From assembly GCA_000934665.2 (NCBI GenBank), contig JYFJ02002761.1, forward strand, positions 1 to 51,614: a DNA stretch of 51,614 bases, in the 5' to 3' direction. Position 1 is the first letter of the stretch. Each line of letters opens with the position of its first letter. The notes under the pieces were generated by a model. It was not told where the DNA came from. It saw only the letters and a list, made by a program, of their open reading frames with translations, and ran no database searches. This DNA comes from Catajapyx aquilonaris. Lineage: Eukaryota. A program made the translations under genes and the position numbers. This document shows, in pieces, positions 11,938-23,930 of this stretch.

Positions 11938-14801
11938 GCTTGGGCCCCGCCACACTTGGCCCTCCTGCCAAAAACGCCGCCGACCACGTGGTTAGGCTGC
12001 GTCGGATTGGAGCGCGGGCGGAATATGGCGCCTTCTTCACGGGTCGCTCGTTCGCTCACCCCCCGGTTTGGCGGGCCTTCCCTTCTTTCTATACACACAC
12101 ACTCTGTACAGAAGGGTGGGGGGGGATTCAACCCACCCAACGAAAGGCGCTCTCTTTCTTTTCCCGCCAAGACGCAGCTGCGCCAGATTATTCCCAGGAG
12201 GATTCTCTGTCCTGGCCTGACATCTTTCGGCGGGAGAAGCGCCCACGTGGTTCCAACTCCAATATTGATATTCAACTAATGGCGGATTCACCCTCAAAAT
12301 GTACGAAATTGATTCAACATTAACCTAATTGGCCGTCTCGTGCTAATATCAGAACATCTCAAATGTAGCCTATGTCATTTGACAGGTTATTCGCAGCAGA
12401 ATATCGCATTTTCCTGTCTCAGTTTGGCAAAAAAGTACACGTGTTGTGTATACAGTCAATTCTAACACCGCAAGACCGCAACTATAAGTCAGTGACAAAC
12501 AATGACGTACAATATTTTTTTGTCTTAGAAAAGGCCATGATTTCAGCCTATAGGTCTCACGAGTAGGTGTCAGTACTGGTTTTATGAGTCATCATGTGCA
12601 TAAACTATGATCGTGCCACTCTCTGCTCATGTGACGTCTCAGGCTGTTCTGAAAATAAGACTTGCTTGTAAAAGTTGTTTCCCGCGATATTTTTTCTCCT
12701 TATCCTGATTAGCTCTCGGAATTGCATTACGTGACTTCTGCGCCATCATTCATGAAATAATTCATTTTTTTTTAAACAACAAGAAATCCACGAGTTTTTG
12801 CACTGACGTGTGAGTACCCCATTATTTGGAGAAATGTTATCAGTTGATCAATGTTTGTTGCCTTCTGCGCAATTAATTTATCAACACAAATTGGAAGAAT
12901 CCTCGTACAGTATATTGCAAATAGTAATGCCATTGCATACTACTGTAAAGTGTAAACCATCGATGTGTATACCCGACAGAAGTACAGCTTATATGCTGAT
13001 TTTTGGCATTACTAAATGATTTGGAAGTTATTGCGCAGTGCGACGTTTTTTTCCAGACGGAACATGTATTATTCAATATACAGTGCAATGTGTGCGGATA
13101 TAACGGTTTCGCTGTCGTTGTGTGCGGATTCGCACAAAGTTATTTACCCTCATCACTCTTCCTAAAAATCAACCGTGCGCACCTTTCGCACGACATACAC
13201 CAAGCCACACCTTGAATCCAACCGCGCAATCACCTCCGATGTTATCAGGTGTCCAAACCGCGAATTAAATTATCTTGTTTATTCCAAATCGCGACACCTC
13301 TTTTGCAGAATGTGACACCGCGTAGGCCCCCCAAACCTAACCGATTGCCGATAACCGCGAATTCTCCTAACCAAGTGTGGTAGTAATGACACTAGTAATC
13401 AAATCACGCCTACAAACGTCATAAAGTAGGGTGACAGACATCCCATAAAACAGATCGAAAAAAGAAGGGCATCTTAGTCGATCCGTGGTCCATTGCTGGC
13501 TTCTGGGCGCGCCCATGTCCTCCAGCCTTAAAATCCGGACTTGCAACCCCAGTCCCATTCTTCAACCCGGGTAATTAGGGAATTATTTCACGCGGAGCAG
13601 GAACAGGATCTGAACTCATGTGACTGCTTCCTGTGTTTAGAAGGGAGTGTGAGGCTGCAAAAGGCACGTGATGCTTCATCACTTTTGTTATTCCTCTCGT
13701 GTCCAAGCCACGTCGGATTCTTGTAATCACGCCAGGGGACTCCGACTGGATTACCTGGCCACTTGCACCCTGAATTTAAAACCGTTTCAAGCTGAATAAT
13801 GCCGGGTCGTAAGATGGCAATAAAAATTGGGAAGTTGAGGTATAAAATGCGGATCAGTCCTGTAGGTCTTGCAATTACGTAGATAAATTAGAAGCGATAC
13901 TTCCCGTAAATGTCTAGCGATTGTTACTTTGTTTCTGGATTTAAGAGGATGCGCTGTGATCACGTACTTAAAAAAAACTCGGATTGAAAACCGTCAAACT
14001 TTGCCACATTTTTTACATTTTAAAATTTCTGTTATCAATTTATGATTGACTTCCCTCATCTAAAAATAATCAAAATATTGTTGACTCCAAAAATATACTG
14101 CATATAGAAAAAATGAGGAGGAATTCTTGAGGACAGAGAATATACATTACTAGCAGGGAACCAGTTCTTCGCACGATGATTGATAATTAATAAAACTGGC
14201 AGATGAGACACCAAACATCAGTTTAAAAATATATAATCTAATTTTTGGGTATTTAGACTTAAAAAATTGCAGTTGACTTTTCCCGGAATCAGCTTCACGT
14301 AAGACGTCACTGTGACAAGTCTCAGTACTCTCTGTACTCTGAAAGTGGGGAGGTAGCAGCAGGGACATGCATAAATACCAACAAACTTTTTTTTGCTTTA
14401 TATACAGTATATATGAGATTTCAAGGCCCAAAATTTGCGATATCAGTGATTACGTCAGGATAAATCAGTGAGATATTGCAGTAACATTTTGAGGACATGG
14501 ATAAAATGATTATCATTGTTGCTATGTGCAAATATCCATTTTCAAGTTAATGAATTAATGCTTTTGCTTCGATAAGACCCTGTATAGATTGGCGAAGGAC
14601 GTTGCATAGCCTCACAGAGGCAAACCCCCTCACCATTTATGATTATTCATGAGAACCGGTTGTCCCCGAATCAGATAAAGCTTCAGAAGTGTGCAGGGCG
14701 TCTGTCAAGGAGCCCGCTCCAATCTCCACCAAAAAGACCTCCCCAACCACCCCTCCCTATCTACCTTTATCCACCCTCGTCGTCTTCTTCTCCATTCTCA
14801 A

Positions 14802-14822
14802 CACCTGCTCGACTTTCCCACG
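14802..14822. promoter_or_regulatory. E-box/Su(H) composite, copy 2
   Basis: CACCTGC-TCGACT-TTCCCACG. Confidence 0.7.
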
Positions 14823-15041
14823 ATTCCAAGCCCTCCAATGTTGCCACATCCAGCACTGATTTGACCATCGCAATGTCGCCTGACCATCGCCAAAAAGTAC
14901 ACCTAAGGAGGTGGGGTGGGGTGATGTGGGTGTGGGGCAGAGCACGAGGCGTGCAGCAGGCGGAAAGGTGTGTTTTGGAGGAGGGTTGGGGAGGCAGCCT
15001 GCTGATGGCCTGGCTCCTTTTCTGGTTGCGGCCACTGGGAA

Positions 15042-15077
15042 TGTTTTGGGAAGGAAGCTCTCGGGACGTTCCCACGC
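15042..15077. promoter_or_regulatory. Cryptic Su(H) paired site (16-bp spacer), copy 1
   Basis: TGTTTTGGGAAG-N13-CGTTCCCACGC. Confidence 0.6.
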
Positions 15078-15384
15078 CTAGCTGGTTGCTGCCTGCTGCA
15101 TGCTTTTCTGGCCAGCCCTCGTCTCGCCGCATGCCCCCAACCTTAACCGCCAACTGCTACCACTCTTTTTTCGACACCCACCCACCCACTATGCCACCTT
15201 CCGGAACATAAGGACTCGCGCCACTGTTTGCAAATATGGAGACAATACCCATGAAATTATATGCAAATTGTCAAAAGGTGCAATATAATTATATGGACCT
15301 TTTTTTTAAAAAAAAAAGGATGCCGACGATACAGAGGGAAATGGCAAATTGTTGTTTACGTCTGAGCGAATTAAATATCGGCTA

Positions 15385-15442
15385 AACTGAGATGTTACAC
15401 CTGGCTTAATACCAGTATTAAGCCAGGTGTAACATCTCAGTT
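15385..15442. repeat. Perfect 28-bp inverted repeat with 2-nt centre
   Basis: AACTGAGATGTTACACCTGGCTTAATAC-ca-GTATTAAGCCAGGTGTAACATCTCAGTT. Confidence 0.95.
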
Positions 15443-16852
15443 GCAGGCTGATGGGGCTAAATTAGCAACGTGCAAATATTTGGCAAGATTACGTGAAAGT
15501 TCCATATATTGATGTTAGATCTTAGCATCGAATATTTTAAACTGAATTTAAAGTGTCGGAAGTTCTTTGTCCGTTTTTAGTAAAAATCCTGTCGGATGCC
15601 ATGCTGGCCGATAAGCAATTCCGCGGCGGTGGTTCTGAAAGAGAACTAGTCGTGCTTTTGGTAACAAACCGTAAACAACAGGAGACAGGTAACCTTGCAG
15701 GTAAAAAAAGGGCTATACACAGTAGGGGTGAGGGAAGTAGAATGAAAAGGCTCCCTGGGAAGAATAAAAAAAATGTAAAAGCGGTAGCTCATCAATGTCT
15801 TGCACGTGCTTTAGAAAGCGCTTCTGTAATCTCCACTTTATCTTCCCTCAAATTAATTTTCCAGCATTAGGACTCACAGCTGACTGCATTCTTTTGGAGG
15901 ACCATGAATTACTAAATTACAAGCAACTGTTGGTCATTGGTTTGTATACTGTCGCAACACCTGATGTCACATATTTGGAGAAGGTCCATTCTAATGTCGT
16001 GGCCAAATCTTGAGATTAGTCTTAAGATTAAGGTTAATGATCCAGTCCCATTTTATCTACAAAGCACAATTTAACCAAGTGAAGGTGACGGACGTGTTCC
16101 AAATCGCCAATAAGATCTCACGTCCAAAATCCTGATTTCAATACCTGGATATTTTGATTGAACAGGTGTCGAGAACTTGCGAATGTGTGTATTATCGCCC
16201 GTATCTAAATCTTGCAACGCAAGTAAAACTGCTTTAACAAGGTCATGTACAGGTTTTGTGAGACCACCACACTTTTTCCCACCCCCAACCCCCTTCTTGT
16301 TAAAACTTATACCGCGCAACATACATAATGTATAATACGTCTAATCAAGCTAATTATATCCACACTCGAGCAAAAACGCAAGGAGAATGAGCTCTTAATG
16401 TTTTAATAAGGCGATGTTTCTGATGCAAAAAAGTGACACCTCACAACCCAACTTTCTAATAACCTCGGGAATGGACCCAGGTTGGTGAAATTTATAGCGT
16501 ATGAAATATGACAAGCCATCATTCAAACCATCACACCTTTCCATCTGACACATCACTCTCATCCCAAAGGAACAAAAAAAATCGTAATTACTAAAATTAT
16601 TCCAAATATTTAATATTGTTATATTTTCTGCCACCTGGTGCAATTAAACGATTATATAAAACTACCTTGCCAAGGTGAGCCTCATTACACAACCATATTC
16701 GAACATACTGAAAGAATCCGTCATTTTTATGAATGAAGTTCAAACGACATTTTGGAAGCGTGCACTTTTAACCTTGCCAATGTCCTTGGCTACCTGAGGT
16801 TCATTAATAATTTGGCAACCTTTTAAAAAAAAGGAAGGGTGAGTTTGTCCCC

Positions 16853-16873
16853 CACCTGCGCTACTTTCCCACA
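16853..16873. promoter_or_regulatory. E-box/Su(H) composite, copy 3
   Basis: CACCTGC-GCTACT-TTCCCACA. Confidence 0.7.
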
Positions 16874-17810
16874 CTGTGGGACCGGAAGTGATGAGGTAGC
16901 CGCCCACTCGCCTTGCCTTTTTCATGCCCCACAGGCCCAGCAGGGAACCATTTTTTTTGGGGAGGCAAAAGGACCACCCCTCTCCCCTTGCTCCTCACTT
17001 TGAAATTTTTATTTTTATTTGAGCAAGAAGTTTTGCAAGGGTTTGCGTGCGTGACCTTTTTCTTGAATGGCAGAATTTGCCTGGAGCCGTCTCGACTTTA
17101 GTCAGCTAGCCTGCTAGCAATAATCATATGACGTCAATTCCAAAAAAAAATGTGCATATTAATATGTTAATTTCAATCAGGCTGAATTACCTCACTGGGC
17201 TTTTGAGGGGTGGTTATTTTCTGACCGATTTTAATCACTGCCATTACTGCGTAATGAGAGAGTCTGGTAGTCCTGGTGCATTTCGACCGCAGAATAGTAA
17301 TGGCTTGATTAAGTCCAAATCATTGTCTTCATCTCCGAATATAATAGTGATTGCTCCAGAATAAACATCGCTCAAGTCAAGGCCGGCGCCTGATTACAAC
17401 TCGAGCAGTGTAAATAATCCGGTCAACTTTGCACCGTACAACAACCCAGCAGGTGCACCAAATTGCAGCACAATAAAAGTAAATTAAAGAAAAAAAAATC
17501 AGATCAGGCGAATAATCACATATTTTTCTTAACGTGTTGATGCAAATGGCTTGGTTGTGGAACATTTGTTTGTCCTATTGCAGTAATTCCACCTATGTCA
17601 CATACCGTCACAACCCCCTACTAGCATGTCGTATGTCGATGATTCACCCGGTACATAATTACTCTCATATGACTCACAATAGTGCAGCCGCTCTTTATTT
17701 AAAAAAATCCGGCCATGACCTAGGACAAGGTCGGTCGCGAAAATAAAAGCCCGCGAGTGAAGAGCTGTGTGTGTGTGTGTCTCGGCCCGTGCCTGGCGGA
17801 TTCCCCGACC

Positions 17811-17906
17811 ACAGGTGGCGGCTTGTGTGTGGGAACGTGGTCTTCTTCCACTTTCTCACGGGCCGTGGACTGCAGCCGGACGGACACCTGGCGGCCGCCT
17901 ATAAAA
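17811..17906 (+). promoter_or_regulatory. E(spl) gene 1 promoter: E-box + Su(H) paired site + TATA
   Basis: ACAGGTG 17811-17817; TGTGGGAA 17828-17835, 17-bp spacer, TTCTCACG 17853-17860; CACCTG 17885-17890; TATAAAA 17900-17906. Confidence 0.92.
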
Positions 17907-18019
17907 AGGTTGCGCAGAACCGGCCGCACCAGCCCATTCCCGCGCTTCATCTCGAGCTGTGAGGACGTGCCTTTAGATCTCTCTCCATCAGTGCTCAGTG
18001 TGTTCAAAACAACCCAGAC

Positions 18020-18741
18020 ATGGCTACTGTTGTGGACTTTGAGGAGCAGCCAATCTCACGCACTTACCAGTACAGAAAGGTCAGTATTGTGCCTAATTAG
18101 TGATAATTATAATTTGTGTCGATAAGACCGGTCCTAAGTAGACCATGAGCTGTAGAGTGTGTACTTATAGGTGTGTCTTTTTGTAGGTTATGAAGCCTAT
18201 GCTGGAACGTAAGCGACGTGCAAGGATCAACCGGTGTTTGGATGAGCTGAAGGAGTTGATGGTTGGTGCCCTGCAGGCTGAAGGCGAGAATGTGTCCAAG
18301 TTGGAGAAGGCGGATGTGCTGGAGCTGACTGTGCGTCACTTGCATAAGCTGAAGCACCAGCAGGTACTGGGGATGACACCGGAGGTCAGCTATGCGGACC
18401 GATTCAAGGCTGGGTTCACCCATTGCGCCAGCGAGGTGTCAAAGTACTTGGCGGCCGTACCTGGTGTCGACATGACCGTGAGTGCCCGACTTCTGGCCCA
18501 TCTGGGTGTGTGTCTTCGCCACATGGAGAAGACCTCGCCGAGCACCCTGCAGGTCAGCGTGGCCAATTCTTACACGCCACCCAGTTCACCTTTGGCCGAG
18601 CCGGTCAGCCCTGCATCGCCGGTCAACCTGAGCGGCCGGTACTGTGTGGTACCGCTGCCCAGAGCCGAGTCCACGCTGTCCGTCTGCAGCGAGAGCAGTC
18701 AGTCGTCTTCGGCCAGTAATCCGATGTGGCGACCGTGGTAA
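18020..18741 (+). CDS. E(spl): E(spl) bHLH-Orange-WRPW repressor (mbeta/mgamma-like), 204 aa; exons 18020-18079 and 18187-18741
   Basis: [45 protein letters not shown]...KLEKADVLELTV; Orange domain FKAGFTHCASEV...RLLAHL; C-terminal WRPW; intron gtcagt..ttgtag. Confidence 0.97.
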
Positions 18742-18752
18742 AAAAAAAGACT

Positions 18753-19111
18753 TGTGATATGTGGACAGTGTGGTGTGCGATTCTCAGGAACAGTTGGCCA
18801 ATGCATACCATTAAAAAAAAAAACAACTCCAGTGATTAGTATTACTGTTTCATGGATAATTTTTATGTGGGAGTACAAGAAAATGGGGGGTTTTGATATT
18901 TGAAATTTATGATGTTGATTGCTAGCCTATTTTGGCTGCCTTTTTGTTTCTTGTAGTAGTGCCTTTTGGTGAAGGAAGGTCTTGTCCAACATCAGGGTAT
19001 TCATGCGGAATGACAATCTCAATTGTAGATGATTTTTTAAATGATAGGGATTTTTTTTTCTTTTTTTATGTATAGGGTTAGAGACTCATTGTTTTTTGAG
19101 GAACTGTGATA
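18753..19111 (+). promoter_or_regulatory. K boxes in E(spl) gene 1 3'UTR
   Basis: TGTGATA at 18753-18759 and CTGTGATA at 19104-19111; candidate AATAAA at 19575-19580. Confidence 0.8.
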
Positions 19112-21958
19112 TTCGTACGGTATTGTACCTGATGGGACATAGCATATTGCTATTTTGCCTGTTAATATTTACTTGAAAACTTGTTGTAGACGTATTTTTT
19201 TGTTGATTGGAATGTCAATGTTTTACCAAACATTGGTGTTTATAAAAAGAATTTGAACTTGGAAATTAAACCATGATGTTCTGATATCCGATTGTTTTCT
19301 TTGCTCGCTTCGTTCATTAATTTTTCCTAACAGGTTGTCGCCGTCTGTGGAAGGTATAATTTTGGGACAGGGTGGGTGTAATCTGCACATACATTTGGGT
19401 TGCATAATAATACGAGGTGCGCAATACGATGAGTTGCTGAAGTAATTGCTAATACAGTACAGTGCACTCATCTTCAGATATATATTTTTTTAAATTAACC
19501 AAACTGTAGCTGTAAGATTTTTAGCTAACAAGTATTGATGAGAATACAGAAGTCAAAATTTACTGAAATTTTTAAATAAAAAATGTCCAATGCTGAATGT
19601 AATTGTGGGAAAATTTTCTGGAAACACGCACTGTTTTTATCGCACTTAACAAAACTTGCGTAATTGAATAGCCCAGTATGGAGGTCTTCACACCTAGTTT
19701 TTAGGCTAACTGTTTAGTGAGAAACCTTTCTTCCTTGGGACCGAATAAAAAGTTCGTGTTAGGGCACGTGAATAATTACCGACATTTGCCTGGATATTTT
19801 CTCACATGGTACGCTCGCAACGTGTAATTACCTCCTCAGAAGGTGACGTACGACGTAAAATGAGTAAATTGCAATTCAGGTGAATGCCAGCATAAAAAAG
19901 TCCCAACCCTCTTACAATTTTCCTCTTTATTCAAAAATTATTTTTAGCATAAGTGGTCTGAAGTTGAGGGACATAAATACTCATGAGGAAATCACTGCGC
20001 ACAATGTATGGAGCTTTGGAATGAAATGATCGGAACACCGGCGAATATCGAAGAAAGCCACTGAATTTCTGAATAGTGTTATACAGAAATTGCAGCAATC
20101 AAGGTTACAATATACGCTAACAATAGATAATAAAAGTCAAAATTGTAGGGGTAAGAAATGCCGAGGGATTTATCAGTTAAAGATGACTGAAATGTGTACA
20201 AGATTTCACCAGCTTATTGTTAGATGTACTATCTCAATCCGACAAAAAGGCCGGACCTCCGGCATACTGTTGTAAATTAGAACCACATGATATTTCATCC
20301 TCGACTATAACTGATTATTATAACCTCTCGATGTATCATGTCCCTTGGATTTATTTTCAAAATATTATTGTGTGTTTTGAAGTCATTTGTCCTTCTAATA
20401 AGTATAGGCCTAGTCTATATAGAGGGAATTATATGCTGGCCAATCAATTAAGTCGTTTGCGTAGTTTTTTAAAGATTTTTTTGATAGATAATTTCTGTAG
20501 CTGTCGATTCAGGTACCGGTAGATTATAAAATTCTGTAATTATTAATAGTTGTTTTATGCCTAATAAAAGTGGGCAGTTTTACTGTAGTTATAAATCGAA
20601 CTTCCTTCTCACTTCATATATAGGAGATGATCAGACATCAGAGGCGCCTCAAATCAAGAGACTGAGAAATAAAATGCATTGGTTGTATCCATAACACATT
20701 TCTCATATAGGGCATCCTCCCGCATCCTGCTCTACATAAAATATACTATTAACTATTAACATAATGCAATTATTGACAACAATAATTTTATTTTAATGGT
20801 CTATTGTCTCGTAATCTTCGGGCTTTCGTGATTTACGATTCAATCGCCAAATGAGCGAATAGAAATCGCGAATATTATCAGTAATTCTGAAATCGAAATG
20901 GGCAAGTTATTGCTTTATTTATAATGACGTAAACCGTATTACTCTATCTGATGTAATATTATTTTCTATTGAAATATTGTATAGTTTTCTCATACGTGCC
21001 CTCTTTATCATCATTATTGAAAATACTGTACAGTATATAGCTGATTTGAAAGATTTGAAGAGAGAAGCTATATGTAGGCCTATAGTGTTACAGTATAATT
21101 CACGATTATTAGAATGTTCATAGCTCTAAATTTCCAATTAGGCCGAAAAGTACTGTATTAATAATGACCCTTTAGTCAATTCTTTATATCTGCCGAAAAC
21201 GTTTTCCGCCTGTATGGTTGTGATGCTTTATTTTTATTCGCTCGATTAATTGATACATAAATAACATAATTATGACATTTCTACACATGATGCGAGAATA
21301 CTAATGATCCAACATTCGAGCATAATTCATGTTTTGCCGTTCTCTTCTCTTTTTCATGCTCATTCTTCAGCTAATTACATAATTATGCATAACTATACAT
21401 CAGGTGGCAGACAGGCCTAGAGCTTTAAACACGTTTAATTGATATTACGCTTAATAAAAAGCAAGGCCAGATTTTTTATTCAAAAAAAGTGATGGAACGT
21501 AGACGGCACTCCCACTTTGCCCACCTGGAAATAAAAAAAACAGCGCAATGTAATTGATGCACACGCAAGTGTACTGTAATACCAGTCGGCGGCATCAAAA
21601 ACACATTACGTAACCAAATATTGAAAAGCGTTTCCTAACACATCATTTTTATTACAGCACCAGCATAAATATTTTGAATTCGGTGGTGCATATTTTAATC
21701 AAAAAATATTTGACCTATCATTATGATTGAAATGGGCCCACACCTCACAAGAACAAACTCCAATTTAGAACCAGTAGATCCCATTGGTTCCTAATTAGCA
21801 CCATTAAGCAACGAGTGATGCAAGTGAGCTTGGGGGCTCCTGTATGCAAGCAAGTGGCAGATGGTGTAAATGAGAAGAAGGGCTGACGTCAAGGCGTTGC
21901 CTGCTTTCCAGTTGACCTCAAAGACATCCTCCGTGGCCCCTATGGCTGCTGCCACAAG

Positions 21959-21979
21959 CGTGGGAATTGGAGGCAGGTG
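21959..21979. promoter_or_regulatory. E-box/Su(H) composite, copy 4 (inverted)
   Basis: CGTGGGAA-TTGGAG-GCAGGTG, directly preceded by N box CACAAG 21953-21958. Confidence 0.7.
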
Positions 21980-22573
21980 TTCCCTCTCGGCCACCAGAAA
22001 ATCCCAAACTCCCCCTCAAGGCATTTCCACCTTAGGGGCCAAAGCACATTGTGTCGATACAGTCCAACTTTCTAGGAGCCTCAGGCTATCAAATCTTGTC
22101 CGGAATAAGAATACAAATGCGGATTCAGATAATTGACTACCCAACGTGAGATAACTAACGAAACGGAAGCTGTTCCTCCGGATTACATTCAGGCAAAAAC
22201 CACCCCCAGACAGCGACAGCCTGATTCGGAATGGCGATTAATCTACTTATGAAACATTAATTTTTTCCGCCCTCACCTTCTACGTCTCGCATGAACCAGA
22301 TTCTCCAGACAGGAGCCTCAATCACATGCATAATTTACCACCAGTTTCATCCTTTAAAAAACTGGTTGTCAATTAAGCGTTTTTTTGGCACAATTTTCAA
22401 TTTTTAAGGCTATGATCCGAATGATAAACAGGTTGCTATAGACGAAAAATTTTTGGGGTCTAATTACACCTTTATTTACGCTCGCTACTGTTCGCCAACC
22501 TGTACCGCCCACCTCATTATTTCAGCACGTACCACAGGGTGACTTTAGCAAAAATGTGTGGACCCATCCTGAG

Positions 22574-22594
22574 TGTGGGAAAACTAAGCAGGTG
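22574..22594. promoter_or_regulatory. E-box/Su(H) composite, copy 5 (inverted)
   Basis: TGTGGGAA-AACTAA-GCAGGTG. Confidence 0.7.
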
Positions 22595-22989
22595 TTAGGC
22601 ACCCCCCAATTTTTTTTTCCGTCCCAGGTAGGCATTCTCTCACTCGCACGTGCCCCTAGACAAAAAGGCCTTCATTCAACCTCACCTTTGCACTCAATGC
22701 TCGTGACCAGCCTGAGGGCAAAAATGGCCCCCTTTTTCCTTTAGCTCAATCACTGCCCAAGAAGTAGCCTCCAAACCCAGGCTTTGCGAAATGTTTGTGC
22801 AAAAAAAAAAGTACAGTGGGGGCAATTGGCTGACACCCACACGTGATGTTGGATCCTCCTGAGGGAGGGTATCATAAGGACCATTATTCCAGGGTTGGCA
22901 GGCTGGGAACGAGCCTAGTGGAGCGTACCCTTGTTGTTCTCCCCTCTAGTCCCCACCCACCCACTACCCCCTCGAGGCCATCACTCGAG

Positions 22990-23025
22990 TGTTTTGGGAA
23001 GCCTGTTGCAGGCCCGTTCCCACGC
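22990..23025. promoter_or_regulatory. Cryptic Su(H) paired site (16-bp spacer), copy 2
   Basis: TGTTTTGGGAAG-N13-CGTTCCCACGC, same arms as 15042-15077. Confidence 0.6.
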
Positions 23026-23342
23026 TCCAACAGCACACGACTACCACGCTACTGGCAACGGTTCACTCCTTCTCACAAGGCCTAAGGCCAAAAGCCTGCC
23101 TTGCGTGCTTCCACCGCCATTCACTCTATTGGAATCCCCCCCTTTTTACATATATAATATATAGAAAAAAAAGGTGGACAGTTGTGTGTTTGTGACGGGT
23201 TTTTCACTGACAGTCGCCAATTTTGACACGGTTTTTGTTGGATGTTGCGAAATGGGGATTTACGATGGGGGTTGTGGCGGATTTTTCGTCCTTCTACGTA
23301 TGAAGTTTATTGCTGTCCACAATGTAGCAAGGATAATCCCTT

Positions 23343-23930
23343 ATTGTGCAACATGGCCTGAAGTAAACAATAATTGTACAGTATAATTTCGTTCGTAAAA
23401 CATATAAAAACGGAATAAAAAATTTAAGTTTTATACAGTATAATTAGCTACGTCCAGTAAATTTGTTAATATTGAGTTTAAAATAACTTAATATTATTAG
23501 TTACGTAAAAATCCATTTAAATTGTGCATCTTGGCCTGAAGTATACAATTGTATATTAATTTTTGCAATGAAAATGCACTAAGTTTTTAAATAATTAGTT
23601 ACCGGTCTATATGAAAAATTGAAATTCCATTCGAATGGTTCAACTTGGCCTGAAGTAAACAATACCGTAATTATATATTTTTTGTAAAACGTATTACTGT
23701 ATATGAAAATAATGTAAAATGTAAATTTTATGCAATTAATTATTTCTAGTAAATTCGTTAATATTGGGTTTGAAATAATTAGGTGAAAAATTCCCTTTGA
23801 ATTGTGCAACTTGGCCTGAAGTAAACAATAGTTTAAAATACACTATTTCGTAAAACAGATTATGGGAAAATAATACACGATAATTCGCTATTTGCAGTTA
23901 ATTAGGTAATATCGATTTTAAATAGTTATA
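23343..23930. repeat. Degenerate AT-rich tandem repeat, ~4 units of 114-178 bp
   Basis: Core GGCCTGAAGTA(A/T)ACAAT at 23355, 23533, 23647, 23813; intervening sequences resemble each other. Confidence 0.8.

Noticed and set aside
9790..15288. Overlapping ORFs of 100-220 aa (e.g. 11655-12323, 14639-15211) as a hidden third bHLH gene
   Set aside because: No bHLH, Orange or WRPW sequence; they coincide with GC-rich, motif-dense enhancer-like islands where stops are rare.
23343..23930. Regularly spaced ~25-bp motif resembling a CRISPR array
   Set aside because: Eukaryotic context, no cas genes, spacers long, unequal and similar to each other: a degenerate satellite.
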